Shown: positions 18,410 to 27,970 of the stretch, piece after piece
Layout: every line of letters begins with the position of its first letter
How positions within the stretch are numbered: position 1 is the first letter of the stretch
Source of the DNA: Planctomycetota bacterium
Lineage (GTDB): Bacteria; Planctomycetota; GCA-002687715; CAIWVZ01
Length of the DNA stretch: 64,000 nucleotides
NCBI GenBank assembly: GCA_044222185.1
Contig: JBGANV010000001.1
Span: 1,376,001-1,440,000, forward strand
Direction of reading: 5' to 3'
Translations under genes and position numbers: made by a program
The notes under the pieces: model-generated
The model's input: only the letters and a program-made list of their open reading frames with translations
Database searches by the model: none
What the model was told of the DNA's origin: nothing

Positions 18410-19318
18410 TCACTTGCCGCGACGGCCCGGGAGCATCCCCAGCGCGACGTAGCGCGCGATCCGCGGATTCTCCTTCAGGCGCCGCGTGCAGTAGCCGTAC
18501 CAGTCCTTGCCGAACGGCACGTAGACGCGGACCGGATGCCCGAGCCCGAGGATGATCCGCCGCAGCTCTTCATCCACGCCGAGGAGCATCTGGAACTCGA
18601 AACGTCCCGCGGGAATCTTCAGCTCGTCGAGCAGCTGGAGAGCCTCGAACACGAGCCGTTCGTCGTGAGTCGCGATGCCGACGAACGCGCCGCCCGAGAG
18701 CATCTTGCGCAGACATCGGACGTAGTTGCGGTTGATGACGTCCGGCTGTTTCCACGCGATCGCACGCGGCTCCACGTAGATGCCCTTGCACAGGCGAAAG
18801 TGCGGCCCGACGGGAAGGAGCGCATCGATGTCCGCGGGCGTGCGGCGCAAGTAGGCCTGAAGGACGAGGCCCACGTTCTGGTAGTCCTGACGCAGACGCT
18901 TGTACACGGCGATGGTGCTGTCCGTGTACGGCGAGTTCTCCATGTCGATGCGGACGAAGTTGCCCTGATCCTTCGCGCGCTGCACGACCGTGCGGGCGTT
19001 CTGGTACCCCTGCTCGACCGACAACCCGAGGCCAAACGCCGTCAGCTTGATGGAGACGTTGGCGTCGAGCTTCTCCGATTGGATCGCATCGAGGATCCCC
19101 GAGTAGTCGACGGCGTTCTTCTTCGCCTCGGCCTCGTTGTTGACGAACTCGCCGAGAAGGTCGACCGTCGCGCGGCAGCCTTCGGAGTTCAGCCTCCGGA
19201 TCGTCGTGACGGCGTCCGCGAGCGTCTCGCCGGCGATGTAGCGATCGGCGACCTTCCGGACGAGCCCCTTGGGCAGATAGCGGACCGAGCCCGCGATCAT
19301 GCGGTCGATGGCACTCAT
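18410..19318 (-). CDS. Monofunctional proline dehydrogenase
   Basis: RYIAGET, SIKLTAFG, RIDMENS, LQAYLRRT, RLCKGIYVE, ATHDE, RVYVPFGKDWYGYCTRRLKENP. Confidence 0.95.
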   Translation of the reverse strand: MSAIDRMIAGSVRYLPKGLVRKVADRYIAGETLADAVTTIRRLNSEGCRATVDLLGEFVNNEAEAKKNAVDYSGILDAIQSEKLDANVSIKLTAFGLGLSVEQGYQNARTVVQRAKDQGNFVRIDMENSPYTDSTIAVYKRLRQDYQNVGLVLQAYLRRTPADIDALLPVGPHFRLCKGIYVEPRAIAWKQPDVINRNYVRCLRKMLSGGAFVGIATHDERLVFEALQLLDELKIPAGRFEFQMLLGVDEELRRIILGLGHPVRVYVPFGKDWYGYCTRRLKENPRIARYVALGMLPGRRGK

Positions 19319-19331
19319 GAATCGCGAGTCC

Positions 19332-20279
19332 TCAGTGGCCTTCCGCTTCCAGGAACCGTTCGGCGTCGATGGCGGCCATGCATCCCGAACCCGCGGCCGT
19401 GATCGCCTGCCGATAGTAGGAGTCCTGCACGTCGCCGCAGGCGAACACGCCTTTCAGATTCGTCTTGCTCGATCCCTTCTCGGTCGTGATGTAGCCCTTG
19501 GGGTCGAGCGTGATCTGTCCCTCGAAGATCTTGGTGTTCGGCACGTGGCCGACGGCGAGGAAGACGCCGCCGCTAAGGATGTCGGTCTCCTTGCCGGTCA
19601 CGGCGTCCTTCACGTGGAGGCCCTTCAACCCGCCTTCGTGTGGATCTCCGACGTAGGCCAGTGGGATCTTGTTCGTCATGAAGGCGATCTTCGGATTCGC
19701 CCGCGCGCGGTCGAGCATGATCTTCGAGGCGCGGAACTCGTCGCGTCGGTGCACCAGCGTGACCTTCGTGCAGAACCGCGTGAGGAAGTTGGCCTCCTCC
19801 ATCGCCGAGTCACCACCGCCGACCACGAGCACTTCCTTGTTGCGGAAGAAGAAGCCGTCGCAGGTCGCGCATGCGGAGAGGCCGTGCCCCATGAACTCGC
19901 CCTCCTTCGGAAGGTCGAGGAGCCGAGCCGTCGCGCCCGTCGCCACGATGACCGTCGACGCCACCAGCTCACGCTCCGGGGACGTCACCTTGAACGGTCG
20001 ACCGTGAGTCAGGTCGACCTTGGTCACCGTCTCCGAGAAGATCTCGGTCCCGAACCGCTTGGCCTGCTCCCGGAACTTGTTCATGAGCTCGGGGCCGATG
20101 ATCCCCTCGGGGAACCCCGGGAAGTTCTCGACCTCGGTCGTGATCGTCAGTTGGCCGCCAGGCTGATTGCCTTCGAACATCACCGGCTTCAGGTTCGCGC
20201 GGGAGGCGTAGAGGGCCGCCGTGTAGCCGGCCGGACCAGAACCAATGATGACCACGTTGTGGACGGCCTGCTGCGACAT
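19332..20279 (-). CDS. trxB: Thioredoxin-disulfide reductase
   Basis: IIGSGPAGYTAA, SACATCDGFFF, VGGGDSAMEEA, GDVQD..YRQAITAAGSG. Confidence 0.97.
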   Translation of the reverse strand: MSQQAVHNVVIIGSGPAGYTAALYASRANLKPVMFEGNQPGGQLTITTEVENFPGFPEGIIGPELMNKFREQAKRFGTEIFSETVTKVDLTHGRPFKVTSPERELVASTVIVATGATARLLDLPKEGEFMGHGLSACATCDGFFFRNKEVLVVGGGDSAMEEANFLTRFCTKVTLVHRRDEFRASKIMLDRARANPKIAFMTNKIPLAYVGDPHEGGLKGLHVKDAVTGKETDILSGGVFLAVGHVPNTKIFEGQITLDPKGYITTEKGSSKTNLKGVFACGDVQDSYYRQAITAAGSGCMAAIDAERFLEAEGH

Positions 20280-20389
20280 GAATCCCCCATTTGCATCGGG
20301 GCGAAACGGGGCCCGCCCCGCGAGTGCCGGCGATGTTAGCCCCCGCGAAAAACCCGATCAACGCGCGACGGCGTCACGCTTTCCGGCCG

Positions 20390-20417
20390 TTGACTCCCAG
20401 GGTGTGCGACGTATCTT
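20390..20417 (+). promoter_or_regulatory. Putative sigma70 promoter of the PTS IIA operon
   Basis: TTGACT-N16-TATCTT ending 43 nt upstream of ATG 20460, followed by a GGAGG RBS. Confidence 0.5.
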
Positions 20418-20459
20418 CGCCGGACCGACGCAGCCCGGACCGCTGCTCGCGGAGGACGC

Positions 20460-20909
20460 ATGGACATCACGACGCTCTTGAGTGCGGATCGCATCGTCAC
20501 GCTCAAAGACAACACCAAGGACGGCGCAATCAAGACGTTGGTGCGGACCCTCGCCAAATGCCCCGAGGTGACCAAGGAGAAGGAACTCGCCAAGGCGATC
20601 CACGACCGCGAGCGCATCCTCTCCACGGGCATCGGCCAGGGGATCGCGATCCCCCACGCCAAGATCGCGTCGGTCACGAAATTCGTGGCTGCGATCGGCA
20701 TCAGCAAGGTCGGGATTCCGTTCGACAGCCTGGATGACAAGCCAGCCCACCTGATCGTCATGATCGCGGGCCCTGAAGGGCAAAGCGAGGAGTACCTGCG
20801 GATCCTCTCCCGCTTCACGGCCGTCCTGAAGAACGAGCAGACCCGGTCACGCGTGATCGAGGCGAAGAAGTCCGAGCAGGTGATGGCGATCCTCCAGGAA
20901 TCGCGGTGA
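20460..20909 (+). CDS. PTS EIIA component (fructose/Ntr type)
   Basis: RERILSTGIGQGIAIPHAK with the phospho-His, GIPFDSLD. Confidence 0.92.
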   Translation: MDITTLLSADRIVTLKDNTKDGAIKTLVRTLAKCPEVTKEKELAKAIHDRERILSTGIGQGIAIPHAKIASVTKFVAAIGISKVGIPFDSLDDKPAHLIVMIAGPEGQSEEYLRILSRFTAVLKNEQTRSRVIEAKKSEQVMAILQESR

Positions 20910-22585
20910 ACAAGGTCTTCGTTCTCGGTCTCGACGGGGCGACATTCGACCTCCTCGGACCGTGGATCGACTCCGGCGACCTGCCCAACCTGAAGAAACT
21001 CCAGGACGAAGGCGTTCGCGGACCGCTCGAGAGCGTCTATCCCCCGCTGACACCCTGCGCCTGGCCGTCCTTCTACATGGGCAAGAACCCGGGGAAGCAC
21101 GGCCTCTACGGCTACAAGGTGCGCCAGAAGGGCTCCTACGAGGAGATCCCCCTCAGCGCGTCGAGTCGACGCGGGCGATCGGTGTTCGAGCTCATCGGTG
21201 ACCAGGGCGGGAAGGTGGCGGTGCTTTCCGTCCCAATGACTTATCCGGCGACACCCGTCAACGGCGTGCTCTGCACCTGCATCTTCACGCCCAAGCTCGA
21301 CGACATCTATTCGACGGACTGCGCGTGGCCGCCCGAGTTCAAGGAGGACATGAAGAAGGTCATCGGCACCTTCCGCATCCACCCGGAGCGAGTCTACGCC
21401 AAGGGCACCATTCCCGAGCTCATCCAGGACTACAAGGAGACGCTCGAGCAGCGCATCCGGCTGTGCGAGTGGGTCCTCGAGCACAAACCGTGGGACTTCG
21501 CCATCACCGTGCTGAACGAGACCGATCACATCCAACATCAGGTCTGGCACGTGATCGACCCCAAGCATCACGACCACGACCCTGCCGAATTCGCGAAGTA
21601 CGGCAACGTGATCAAGGACTTCTACGTCCACGTGGATCAGCAGATCGGCCGCCTGATGGCGAAGCTGCCGGCGGGTGCCACGTTCGTCGTGATGTCCGAT
21701 CACGGACACGGACCGATCTACCGCTGGATCAACCTCAACAACCTCCTTGCGAAGCACGGGTTCATCCGGTTCAAGCGTGGCCCGGTCACCTGGCTGAAGC
21801 GCGCCATGTTCGCCATGGGCTTCACCCCGGGGAACATCTACCGCCTCAAGCTGAAACTCGATCGCCGAGGCGTGAAGAAGGGCGGCGCAGCCGAGGGCGG
21901 CGGTGGTGCGAGCCCACTCTTCCGCAAGGTGTTCCTCTCCGAGAATGACATCGACTGGCCCCGCACCCGCGCCTACGCGACGGGGCACATGGGTCAGATC
22001 AACGTGAACCTGAAGGGTCGCGAGCCATCAGGCGCGGTTTCCAAGTCGGAGATCCCACAGCTCCGGCGCGAGCTCGAGCAGCTCCTCGACGGGCTCCTCG
22101 ATCCACAGACCGGCGCGAAGATCATCGACCGCATGGTTCCGCGCGAGGAGCTGTTCTTCGGGGAGACCGTATCGCTCGCCTCCGATTTCTTCGTGAAGAC
22201 CATCGACCCGGGATACCAGGCTCTCGGCGGCGCATCGTTCATCTCGAATCGCGTGGTCGAGCGCTCCTACGGCAACACGGCGACTCACCGGATGAATGGG
22301 ATCCTGCTCATGAAGGGCCCCGGGATCCGCAAGGGCGCCCGCGTGGACGGCCTGAAGATCTACGAGCTTGCGGGCAACCTGCTCTATCGCATGGGCCTCC
22401 GCGTGCCCGACGATCTCGACTACCGCTTCGAGCCGGCCCTCTACGACGCCGGACTGCTCGAGTCCGAGCCCCCGCAACTCATGCCCGCGTCCGAGGTGGT
22501 GAAGGAAGATCGGCAGCACGAGCTCTCGCCGGAAGAGATCGCGCGGATGCGAGAGAACCTGAAGAAGCTCGGCTACGTGGATTGA
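20906..22585 (+). CDS. Type I phosphodiesterase/nucleotide pyrophosphatase (alkaline phosphatase superfamily)
   Basis: LGLDGAT, PPLTPCAW (Thr nucleophile), NPGKHG, TDHIQH, MSDHGH, H.MNG, C-terminal LKKLGY; GTG start overlaps the EIIA stop. Confidence 0.88.
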   Translation: MNKVFVLGLDGATFDLLGPWIDSGDLPNLKKLQDEGVRGPLESVYPPLTPCAWPSFYMGKNPGKHGLYGYKVRQKGSYEEIPLSASSRRGRSVFELIGDQGGKVAVLSVPMTYPATPVNGVLCTCIFTPKLDDIYSTDCAWPPEFKEDMKKVIGTFRIHPERVYAKGTIPELIQDYKETLEQRIRLCEWVLEHKPWDFAITVLNETDHIQHQVWHVIDPKHHDHDPAEFAKYGNVIKDFYVHVDQQIGRLMAKLPAGATFVVMSDHGHGPIYRWINLNNLLAKHGFIRFKRGPVTWLKRAMFAMGFTPGNIYRLKLKLDRRGVKKGGAAEGGGGASPLFRKVFLSENDIDWPRTRAYATGHMGQINVNLKGREPSGAVSKSEIPQLRRELEQLLDGLLDPQTGAKIIDRMVPREELFFGETVSLASDFFVKTIDPGYQALGGASFISNRVVERSYGNTATHRMNGILLMKGPGIRKGARVDGLKIYELAGNLLYRMGLRVPDDLDYRFEPALYDAGLLESEPPQLMPASEVVKEDRQHELSPEEIARMRENLKKLGYVD

Positions 22586-22607
22586 TCGACGGCGCGCGCG
22601 GCCCGAG

Positions 22608-23912
22608 TCAGGCCTGGGACGCTGCGCCCGCGGCGGCAGCATCCGTCGATCCCTCGGTTGCAGTCGTGACCGGCAGCCCGACCACCGTTCGCACGCATTG
22701 GATCAGCCGTCCGACGGCGAACGGCTTGTGAAGGAAGGCGGCGACCGGAAATCCGCGAAGGCGAGCCGTGGCCTCGTGCTCCGTGAAGCCGCTCATCACC
22801 ACGACCCGCAGATCGGGCTTGAGCTGCGTCATCGCTCGAAGCGCCGCCGAGCCGTCGATGGCCGGCATCGTGAGGTCGAGCACGACCGCGCCGATCGAAT
22901 CCCGCTTCTCGCGCACGATTTCGATGGCATGGCGGCCGTTCACTGCAACCAGCGTTTCGAACCCGAACCGCTGGAGTGACTCCGCCACGACTTCCCGCAC
23001 GCACTCGTCGTCGTCGACGACGAGGATGGACCTCCCCGCCGGCGGCGGCGCCAGCTCATCGAGGATGTGCAGGGGACCCGTGGGAGTCGGTTCCGTGCGT
23101 TTCGCCACGGGCAGCAGCACGGTGAAACGGCTGCCGAGACCGGGCTCGCTTGCGACCTTCAGCCCGCCGCGGTGCGCGCGCACGAAGCCGAGCACTTTCG
23201 CGAGGCCCATGCCGCGCGCCGCCGATTTCGAGCTGAAGAACGGTTCGAAGATCCGACGCGCGGTGGCCTCGTCCATCCCGCATCCGGTGTCCTCGCATTG
23301 AAGGTAGACGTAGGCACCCTCGGCCAGGTCTCCGATGAACCCGGTCTGCTCGAGGTAGCGGTGATCTGCCTGCACGACGCCCGTTCGAAGGCAGACTCGC
23401 CCGCTTCCCGCCGTGACGGCCTCGATCGCGTTGACGAGAAGGTTCGAAACGACCTGCTCCAACTGGACCGAGTCGCCCGAGATCAGCGGGAGGTCCGTCG
23501 CGAACTCGCGGTACACCTCGATCCCGGAGGGAATCGCGGGCTCGAGCGCGTCGACGACGGCGCCCGTCAGCTTGTTCATCGAGATGGGGTCGACGCTGCT
23601 GATGCCGCGGCCGCTGAGCACGAGCAGCCGCCCCGTGAGTTCGGCCGCCTGCCGTGCCGCCTGTTCGATGCGCTGGAGCGGGAGCAGGAGCCTGGTCGGG
23701 ATCCCATCGTCGATGGCGGAGAGATTCGAGTGTCCGAGGATCGTCGTGAGGAAGTTGTTCAGATCGTGGGCGATGTCGCCGACGTCCGCCATGGCTTCGA
23801 GGTCCAAGGCTCGATTTCGGGGCAAACTCTGCATCGAGGTTCCGCCGTCCTCCGCGCAACTCCGCCAAAGGGCGCTGGCCGTCGAACGGTCCCGGCCCGT
23901 CTCGCCGCTCAC
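22608..23912 (-). CDS. Hybrid histidine kinase/response regulator (CckA-like) without a recognisable sensor domain
   Basis: IAHDLNNFL, NLLVNA, DTGCGM, IFEPFFSSK, GMGL; receiver motifs VVDDD, VLDLTMP, KPF. Start may be further downstream. Confidence 0.88.
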   Translation of the reverse strand: MSGETGRDRSTASALWRSCAEDGGTSMQSLPRNRALDLEAMADVGDIAHDLNNFLTTILGHSNLSAIDDGIPTRLLLPLQRIEQAARQAAELTGRLLVLSGRGISSVDPISMNKLTGAVVDALEPAIPSGIEVYREFATDLPLISGDSVQLEQVVSNLLVNAIEAVTAGSGRVCLRTGVVQADHRYLEQTGFIGDLAEGAYVYLQCEDTGCGMDEATARRIFEPFFSSKSAARGMGLAKVLGFVRAHRGGLKVASEPGLGSRFTVLLPVAKRTEPTPTGPLHILDELAPPPAGRSILVVDDDECVREVVAESLQRFGFETLVAVNGRHAIEIVREKRDSIGAVVLDLTMPAIDGSAALRAMTQLKPDLRVVVMSGFTEHEATARLRGFPVAAFLHKPFAVGRLIQCVRTVVGLPVTTATEGSTDAAAAGAASQA

Positions 23913-24004
23913 CTCCTGCGAGGTGGAAACTCCACAAATACCGCAACGCGCCGGGCACAGGATGAAGAACGCCCCCCACCTTCGTCAAGGGGGTGTCGCA
24001 GAAG

Positions 24005-25966
24005 TCAGTCCGCCCAACCCGCTGCGCCGCTGCGGCTTCGAGGGATCCTCACGCCAAAGATCCAAAGGATCGCGAGGCCACCCCCCAGGAACCATGACAG
24101 TCGCTGGGCAGCGCGAAGGGAGCAGAAATAACCCCAAATCGATCGGGGCGGGCGGAACCATCCCGGTGAGTCGGCACGACTTGGAGCCGGATCGAACAAG
24201 AGCGGGCGCAGTTCGATCCCCCCCGGGCGCGAGTCGGGCGTGCCGCCGGCCTTCTGGATCGACCCGATGACCCTGAGCCCCCCAGTCCGCCGAAGGTCGG
24301 CCTCGGTGATCCCCGCGAGAAAGGTGACGCAGGGGCTGCCGGCCGGGATGCCGTGGTCGTCGGAAAACGACACACGCCATACGCCGGCGGCGCGGCAGGC
24401 GCGATCGAGATCCACCAGGCGCCGGGCGTCGTCGCCGGACTGCGGTTGACGCTGGCGGTTGCCAACCTCGAACCCGTCGACGCCGGCAGCCAGGTAGGCC
24501 TCGACCGACGGGGTCGCGACCTGGCCGGCCGTGAGCCAGTGGTGCGCGACGATGACGAACGCGCCCATCCGCTTGGCGGCCCGCACAGCCGCCAGCGGCT
24601 CCGCTTCGAGGATGGTTGCGGCGACGGCGTCGCGCGTCCCGAGGACGAGGAGGTGAGGTGTGTCCCAGGTGCCCGCGTGGCGAGTGGTCATCGGGCCGCG
24701 GCCGCTCCACTCGCAGCCAGACACGCCAGCGGAAAGCCCGCCGTCGTCCGGCGCGAGGTGTGAGTGATGCGTCGTGACCGCCCAGGTCACCCCTCGCTGG
24801 AGTTGGCGGGATTCGAGTGCCGGTGCATCGATGTGCCCGTCGCTTGGATCGCCTCCATGCAGGTGCCAATCGACGAAGACACCCGTGAGGACTCTCGACG
24901 CGAACGCATCGGGAGGGGCGATCCCGCGCCAGAACGTGACCGCCCACAGGCTTCCCGCGACGACGATGGCGAGGGCCGCTCGGATGGCCGTTCCACGCTT
25001 GCTGCGGAACGCCGAAAGGACGAGCAGAAGGACGAGCCCGCATCCCCAACACAACGCCCAACGGAAGAAGCTTGCGAGGTCCGCCTCGGTGGCGCTCCAC
25101 AGCACCGGTCCCGAGATGGGCTCCGTGATGACGCGCAGGAGTTGGGGACGTGTGTCGAATCCCGGGACGATCTCGCCTGAAACCGGATCACGTCCCACCG
25201 GGAGCGCGATCCAAACCCGCGTGAGGATCAGCCACGCGCCGAGAAAGAACAGAGGGCGGCAGAATGGACGTCCCCTGTCGGGATCCAGTGCCCGGAGGAA
25301 TCCGGCCCACACGGGCCAGCGCGTGATCCAGGCGGTCAGCGTCGTTCCGAGGAGCCCCGTGGCCACGCCGGCGAGCACGTCCGACGGCCAGTGGGCTGCG
25401 AGGACGACTCGCTGAATGCACTGCAGCAGCGGGAACGCCCACAGGAGATTCCGCACTCGGCCGCGGCCGGCAGCCAACCAGAGTGCCGAGGCGATGGCGG
25501 TGGCGCTGCTCACGTGCCCTGAGGGAAACGACTCGAGGTCCGCGAGTCCGAGCGGCGACCAAAGGAACGATGCGTCGCCGACGTCGAGCATGGGTCGGGC
25601 ACGTCCGACGGTGGACTTCAATCCATGGGTGATCACGAGGACGACCCAGAACCCGATCACGATCACCAGCCCTGAGCGCTGCGCCGACGCCGCGCGCCGA
25701 CCCAACGCCATCAACATCACGCCGGCGAGAACGGCGACGGTCATGGACCAGCGCGGTGCAGGGTCGTCGAGCCACTCGAAGAACGGCCGCAGCGGCGACG
25801 CCTGCGGAAGGTTGAAACGTGTGACGACCCATCGGTCGGCGAACGACACCAGGGCGGCGAGGATCCCGAACAGGATCGTCCCGCCGATCAGGGTGCGGCG
25901 ATCCAGGGCGGCATCACGATCGTCGGCGACGCGCGAATCCGAGAATCCACCCCTCACGTTCCGCAC
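24005..25966 (-). CDS. Membrane PAP2 phosphatase fused to a PHP-family domain
   Basis: PAP2 motifs KSTVGRARP, SFPSGH, RVVLAAHWPSDV; PHP motifs DWHLH..SDG, HLL, AH, DGFEV.N, SDDH. Confidence 0.8.
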   Translation of the reverse strand: MRNVRGGFSDSRVADDRDAALDRRTLIGGTILFGILAALVSFADRWVVTRFNLPQASPLRPFFEWLDDPAPRWSMTVAVLAGVMLMALGRRAASAQRSGLVIVIGFWVVLVITHGLKSTVGRARPMLDVGDASFLWSPLGLADLESFPSGHVSSATAIASALWLAAGRGRVRNLLWAFPLLQCIQRVVLAAHWPSDVLAGVATGLLGTTLTAWITRWPVWAGFLRALDPDRGRPFCRPLFFLGAWLILTRVWIALPVGRDPVSGEIVPGFDTRPQLLRVITEPISGPVLWSATEADLASFFRWALCWGCGLVLLLVLSAFRSKRGTAIRAALAIVVAGSLWAVTFWRGIAPPDAFASRVLTGVFVDWHLHGGDPSDGHIDAPALESRQLQRGVTWAVTTHHSHLAPDDGGLSAGVSGCEWSGRGPMTTRHAGTWDTPHLLVLGTRDAVAATILEAEPLAAVRAAKRMGAFVIVAHHWLTAGQVATPSVEAYLAAGVDGFEVGNRQRQPQSGDDARRLVDLDRACRAAGVWRVSFSDDHGIPAGSPCVTFLAGITEADLRRTGGLRVIGSIQKAGGTPDSRPGGIELRPLLFDPAPSRADSPGWFRPPRSIWGYFCSLRAAQRLSWFLGGGLAILWIFGVRIPRSRSGAAGWAD

Positions 25967-26212
25967 TCCGCGGTGCTGAGGTCCGCAAGGCGAGCGGGGT
26001 TTCGGAGGTCCACCCCGCCGGGTCCGGGTCGCCGGCGATGTGTCGCTGTCGCACGCATGTTTGGCATCGGATCACGCGATCGGGACGGCCCGCCGCGCGA
26101 CGTGGGCACCGTGGTAACTTGGTATGTTGCGTTCAAAAGCCGAACGGAATCTTGACCTCGAGACTGGCACCCGTCTCCCGGCAACCGCACCCCGCGACCG
26201 CCGCGCCAAGGA

Positions 26213-27970
26213 TTGAATCACATGACGCCCAAAAGCACCGGACCAGCGGGCCGGACGCGTTTCATTTGCACCATCGGTCCCCCCACCCTGAACGTGGAGA
26301 GTCTGCGTGGGCTCGCCGACCACGGGATGAACATCGCGCGCGTGAACGGGTCTCACGGCTCGCTCGACGACGTTCGGTCCATGGTGACGTACCTCCGCGC
26401 GAATCTTCCCTCCGGGGTCGAGATCCTGCTGGACCTGCCTGGGAACAAGATCCGGACGGACAACATCGCCGAACCCATCGACCTGCGCGCCGGGGACACG
26501 TTCGTCATTCCGCCGAACCGTGTGACCTATCGTCCGCTCTACACCCGGGTGCACGCCGGTGACCGGATTTCCGCGGCGGACGGTGCGATCCAGCTGGACG
26601 TCGTCGAGGTGAAGGGTGAGGACATCGTCACCCGCGTCCTGGTTGGAGGGTTGCTGCGCAACCGCAAGGGCCTGAACATCCGCGGCATACACGATGCCAT
26701 CCCGTTCGACTTCGAACGGGACATCTCTCTCATCAACATCGCGATCGAATTGCAGGTCGACTATCTGGGCCTGTCCTTCGTGCGCGCCCCCGAGCACGTG
26801 CGCCGCATCAAGTCGCAGCTCGTCGGGACGCGAATCCGCGTCGTCGCGAAGGTCGAGACGGCGGAGGCCGTCGACCTGCTCCCGAGGATCCTCGCGGAGG
26901 CCGACATCATCATGATCGACCGCGGCGACCTCGAGGCCGAGATCGGGCGCGAGAACATCCCGCTCACGCAAAAGCGGGTCATCACGAAGGCTCGCGAAGC
27001 TCACGTGCCGGTGATCGTCGCGTCGCAGTTCATGATGTCGATGCTCGACAAGCCGATCCCCTACATGGCCGAGGTGTCGGACGTCGCCAACGCGGTGCTC
27101 GATCGCGCCGACATCCTCATGCTGTCGGAGGAGACGGCGATCGGGAAGTACCCGAATGACGCCATCGGCACCATGCGCCAGATCGCCCGCACCGTCGAGA
27201 AGCAGCTCGACCATCAGTACGGGGCCATCATCCTCGCCGCCGGCCCATCCACGGGTTTTGGCTCACTGACGACCAACAAGCACAAGTGCATGCTCGACGT
27301 CGGCGGGACGACGATCATCAGCCATCAGCTCGAGAACCTGCGCGCCTGCGGCATCCGGGATGAACACGTGACCGTCGTCACCGGACACAACCATGCGCAG
27401 ATCGAGCACTATCTGCGGGGCGAGGCGTTCTCCGGATCGTTCGTCTACAACCCGTGGTACGCGACGACGAACATGCTCGTGTCGCTCTGGCTCGCCCGGC
27501 CCGACTCCAACATCGTCGTCGTGTACGGCGACATCATCTTCGATCCGACGATCCTCACGGACATCCTTGCGACGCCCGGCGACGCCGTCGCGGCGATCGA
27601 CGGCGACTCGGACATGACGCCCGAGGACGAGAAGGTGATCGTGAAGGACGGCCGCGTCGTCTCCTTGAGCAAGGAGTTGGATCCGGCGCACTGCCACGGT
27701 GAATTCCTCGGCCTCGCGCGCTTCTCGCGTCGCGCGGCTCGCAAGCTCCAGACCGAGCTCGATGCCATCGTCAAGCAGGGTCACATGATGGCCTTCCTCA
27801 CGCTCGGCCTCGAACGGCTGAACGAGAAAGGCACCCCGCTGATCCCCTGCTGGACCGAAGGCCGCCCGTGGGCAGACAACGACGGGCTGGCGGACCTCGA
27901 ACACTCGCGTGAGAAGGTCTACCCGAAGATCCTCGCCCGCCGCAAAACCATGGAGCCCGCCAAGCGATGA
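26213..27970 (+). CDS. Pyruvate-kinase-like (A+B domains) fused to a LicC/PntC-type nucleotidyltransferase
   Basis: PK motifs CTIGP, RVNGSHG, DLPGNKIR, LSFVR, AKVE, RGDL, EVSDVANA, MLSEETAIGKYP. From about 27218: AIILAAG..KCML, YNPWYATTN, YGDIIF. Start may be ATG 26222. Confidence 0.88.
   Translation: MNHMTPKSTGPAGRTRFICTIGPPTLNVESLRGLADHGMNIARVNGSHGSLDDVRSMVTYLRANLPSGVEILLDLPGNKIRTDNIAEPIDLRAGDTFVIPPNRVTYRPLYTRVHAGDRISAADGAIQLDVVEVKGEDIVTRVLVGGLLRNRKGLNIRGIHDAIPFDFERDISLINIAIELQVDYLGLSFVRAPEHVRRIKSQLVGTRIRVVAKVETAEAVDLLPRILAEADIIMIDRGDLEAEIGRENIPLTQKRVITKAREAHVPVIVASQFMMSMLDKPIPYMAEVSDVANAVLDRADILMLSEETAIGKYPNDAIGTMRQIARTVEKQLDHQYGAIILAAGPSTGFGSLTTNKHKCMLDVGGTTIISHQLENLRACGIRDEHVTVVTGHNHAQIEHYLRGEAFSGSFVYNPWYATTNMLVSLWLARPDSNIVVVYGDIIFDPTILTDILATPGDAVAAIDGDSDMTPEDEKVIVKDGRVVSLSKELDPAHCHGEFLGLARFSRRAARKLQTELDAIVKQGHMMAFLTLGLERLNEKGTPLIPCWTEGRPWADNDGLADLEHSREKVYPKILARRKTMEPAKR

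Noticed and set aside
26213-27970. Phosphonate biosynthesis cluster (PntC-like domain)
   Set aside because: No PEP mutase (EDKxxxxxNS motif) or phosphonopyruvate decarboxylase in the window; the fused domain is a PK barrel, not PepM.
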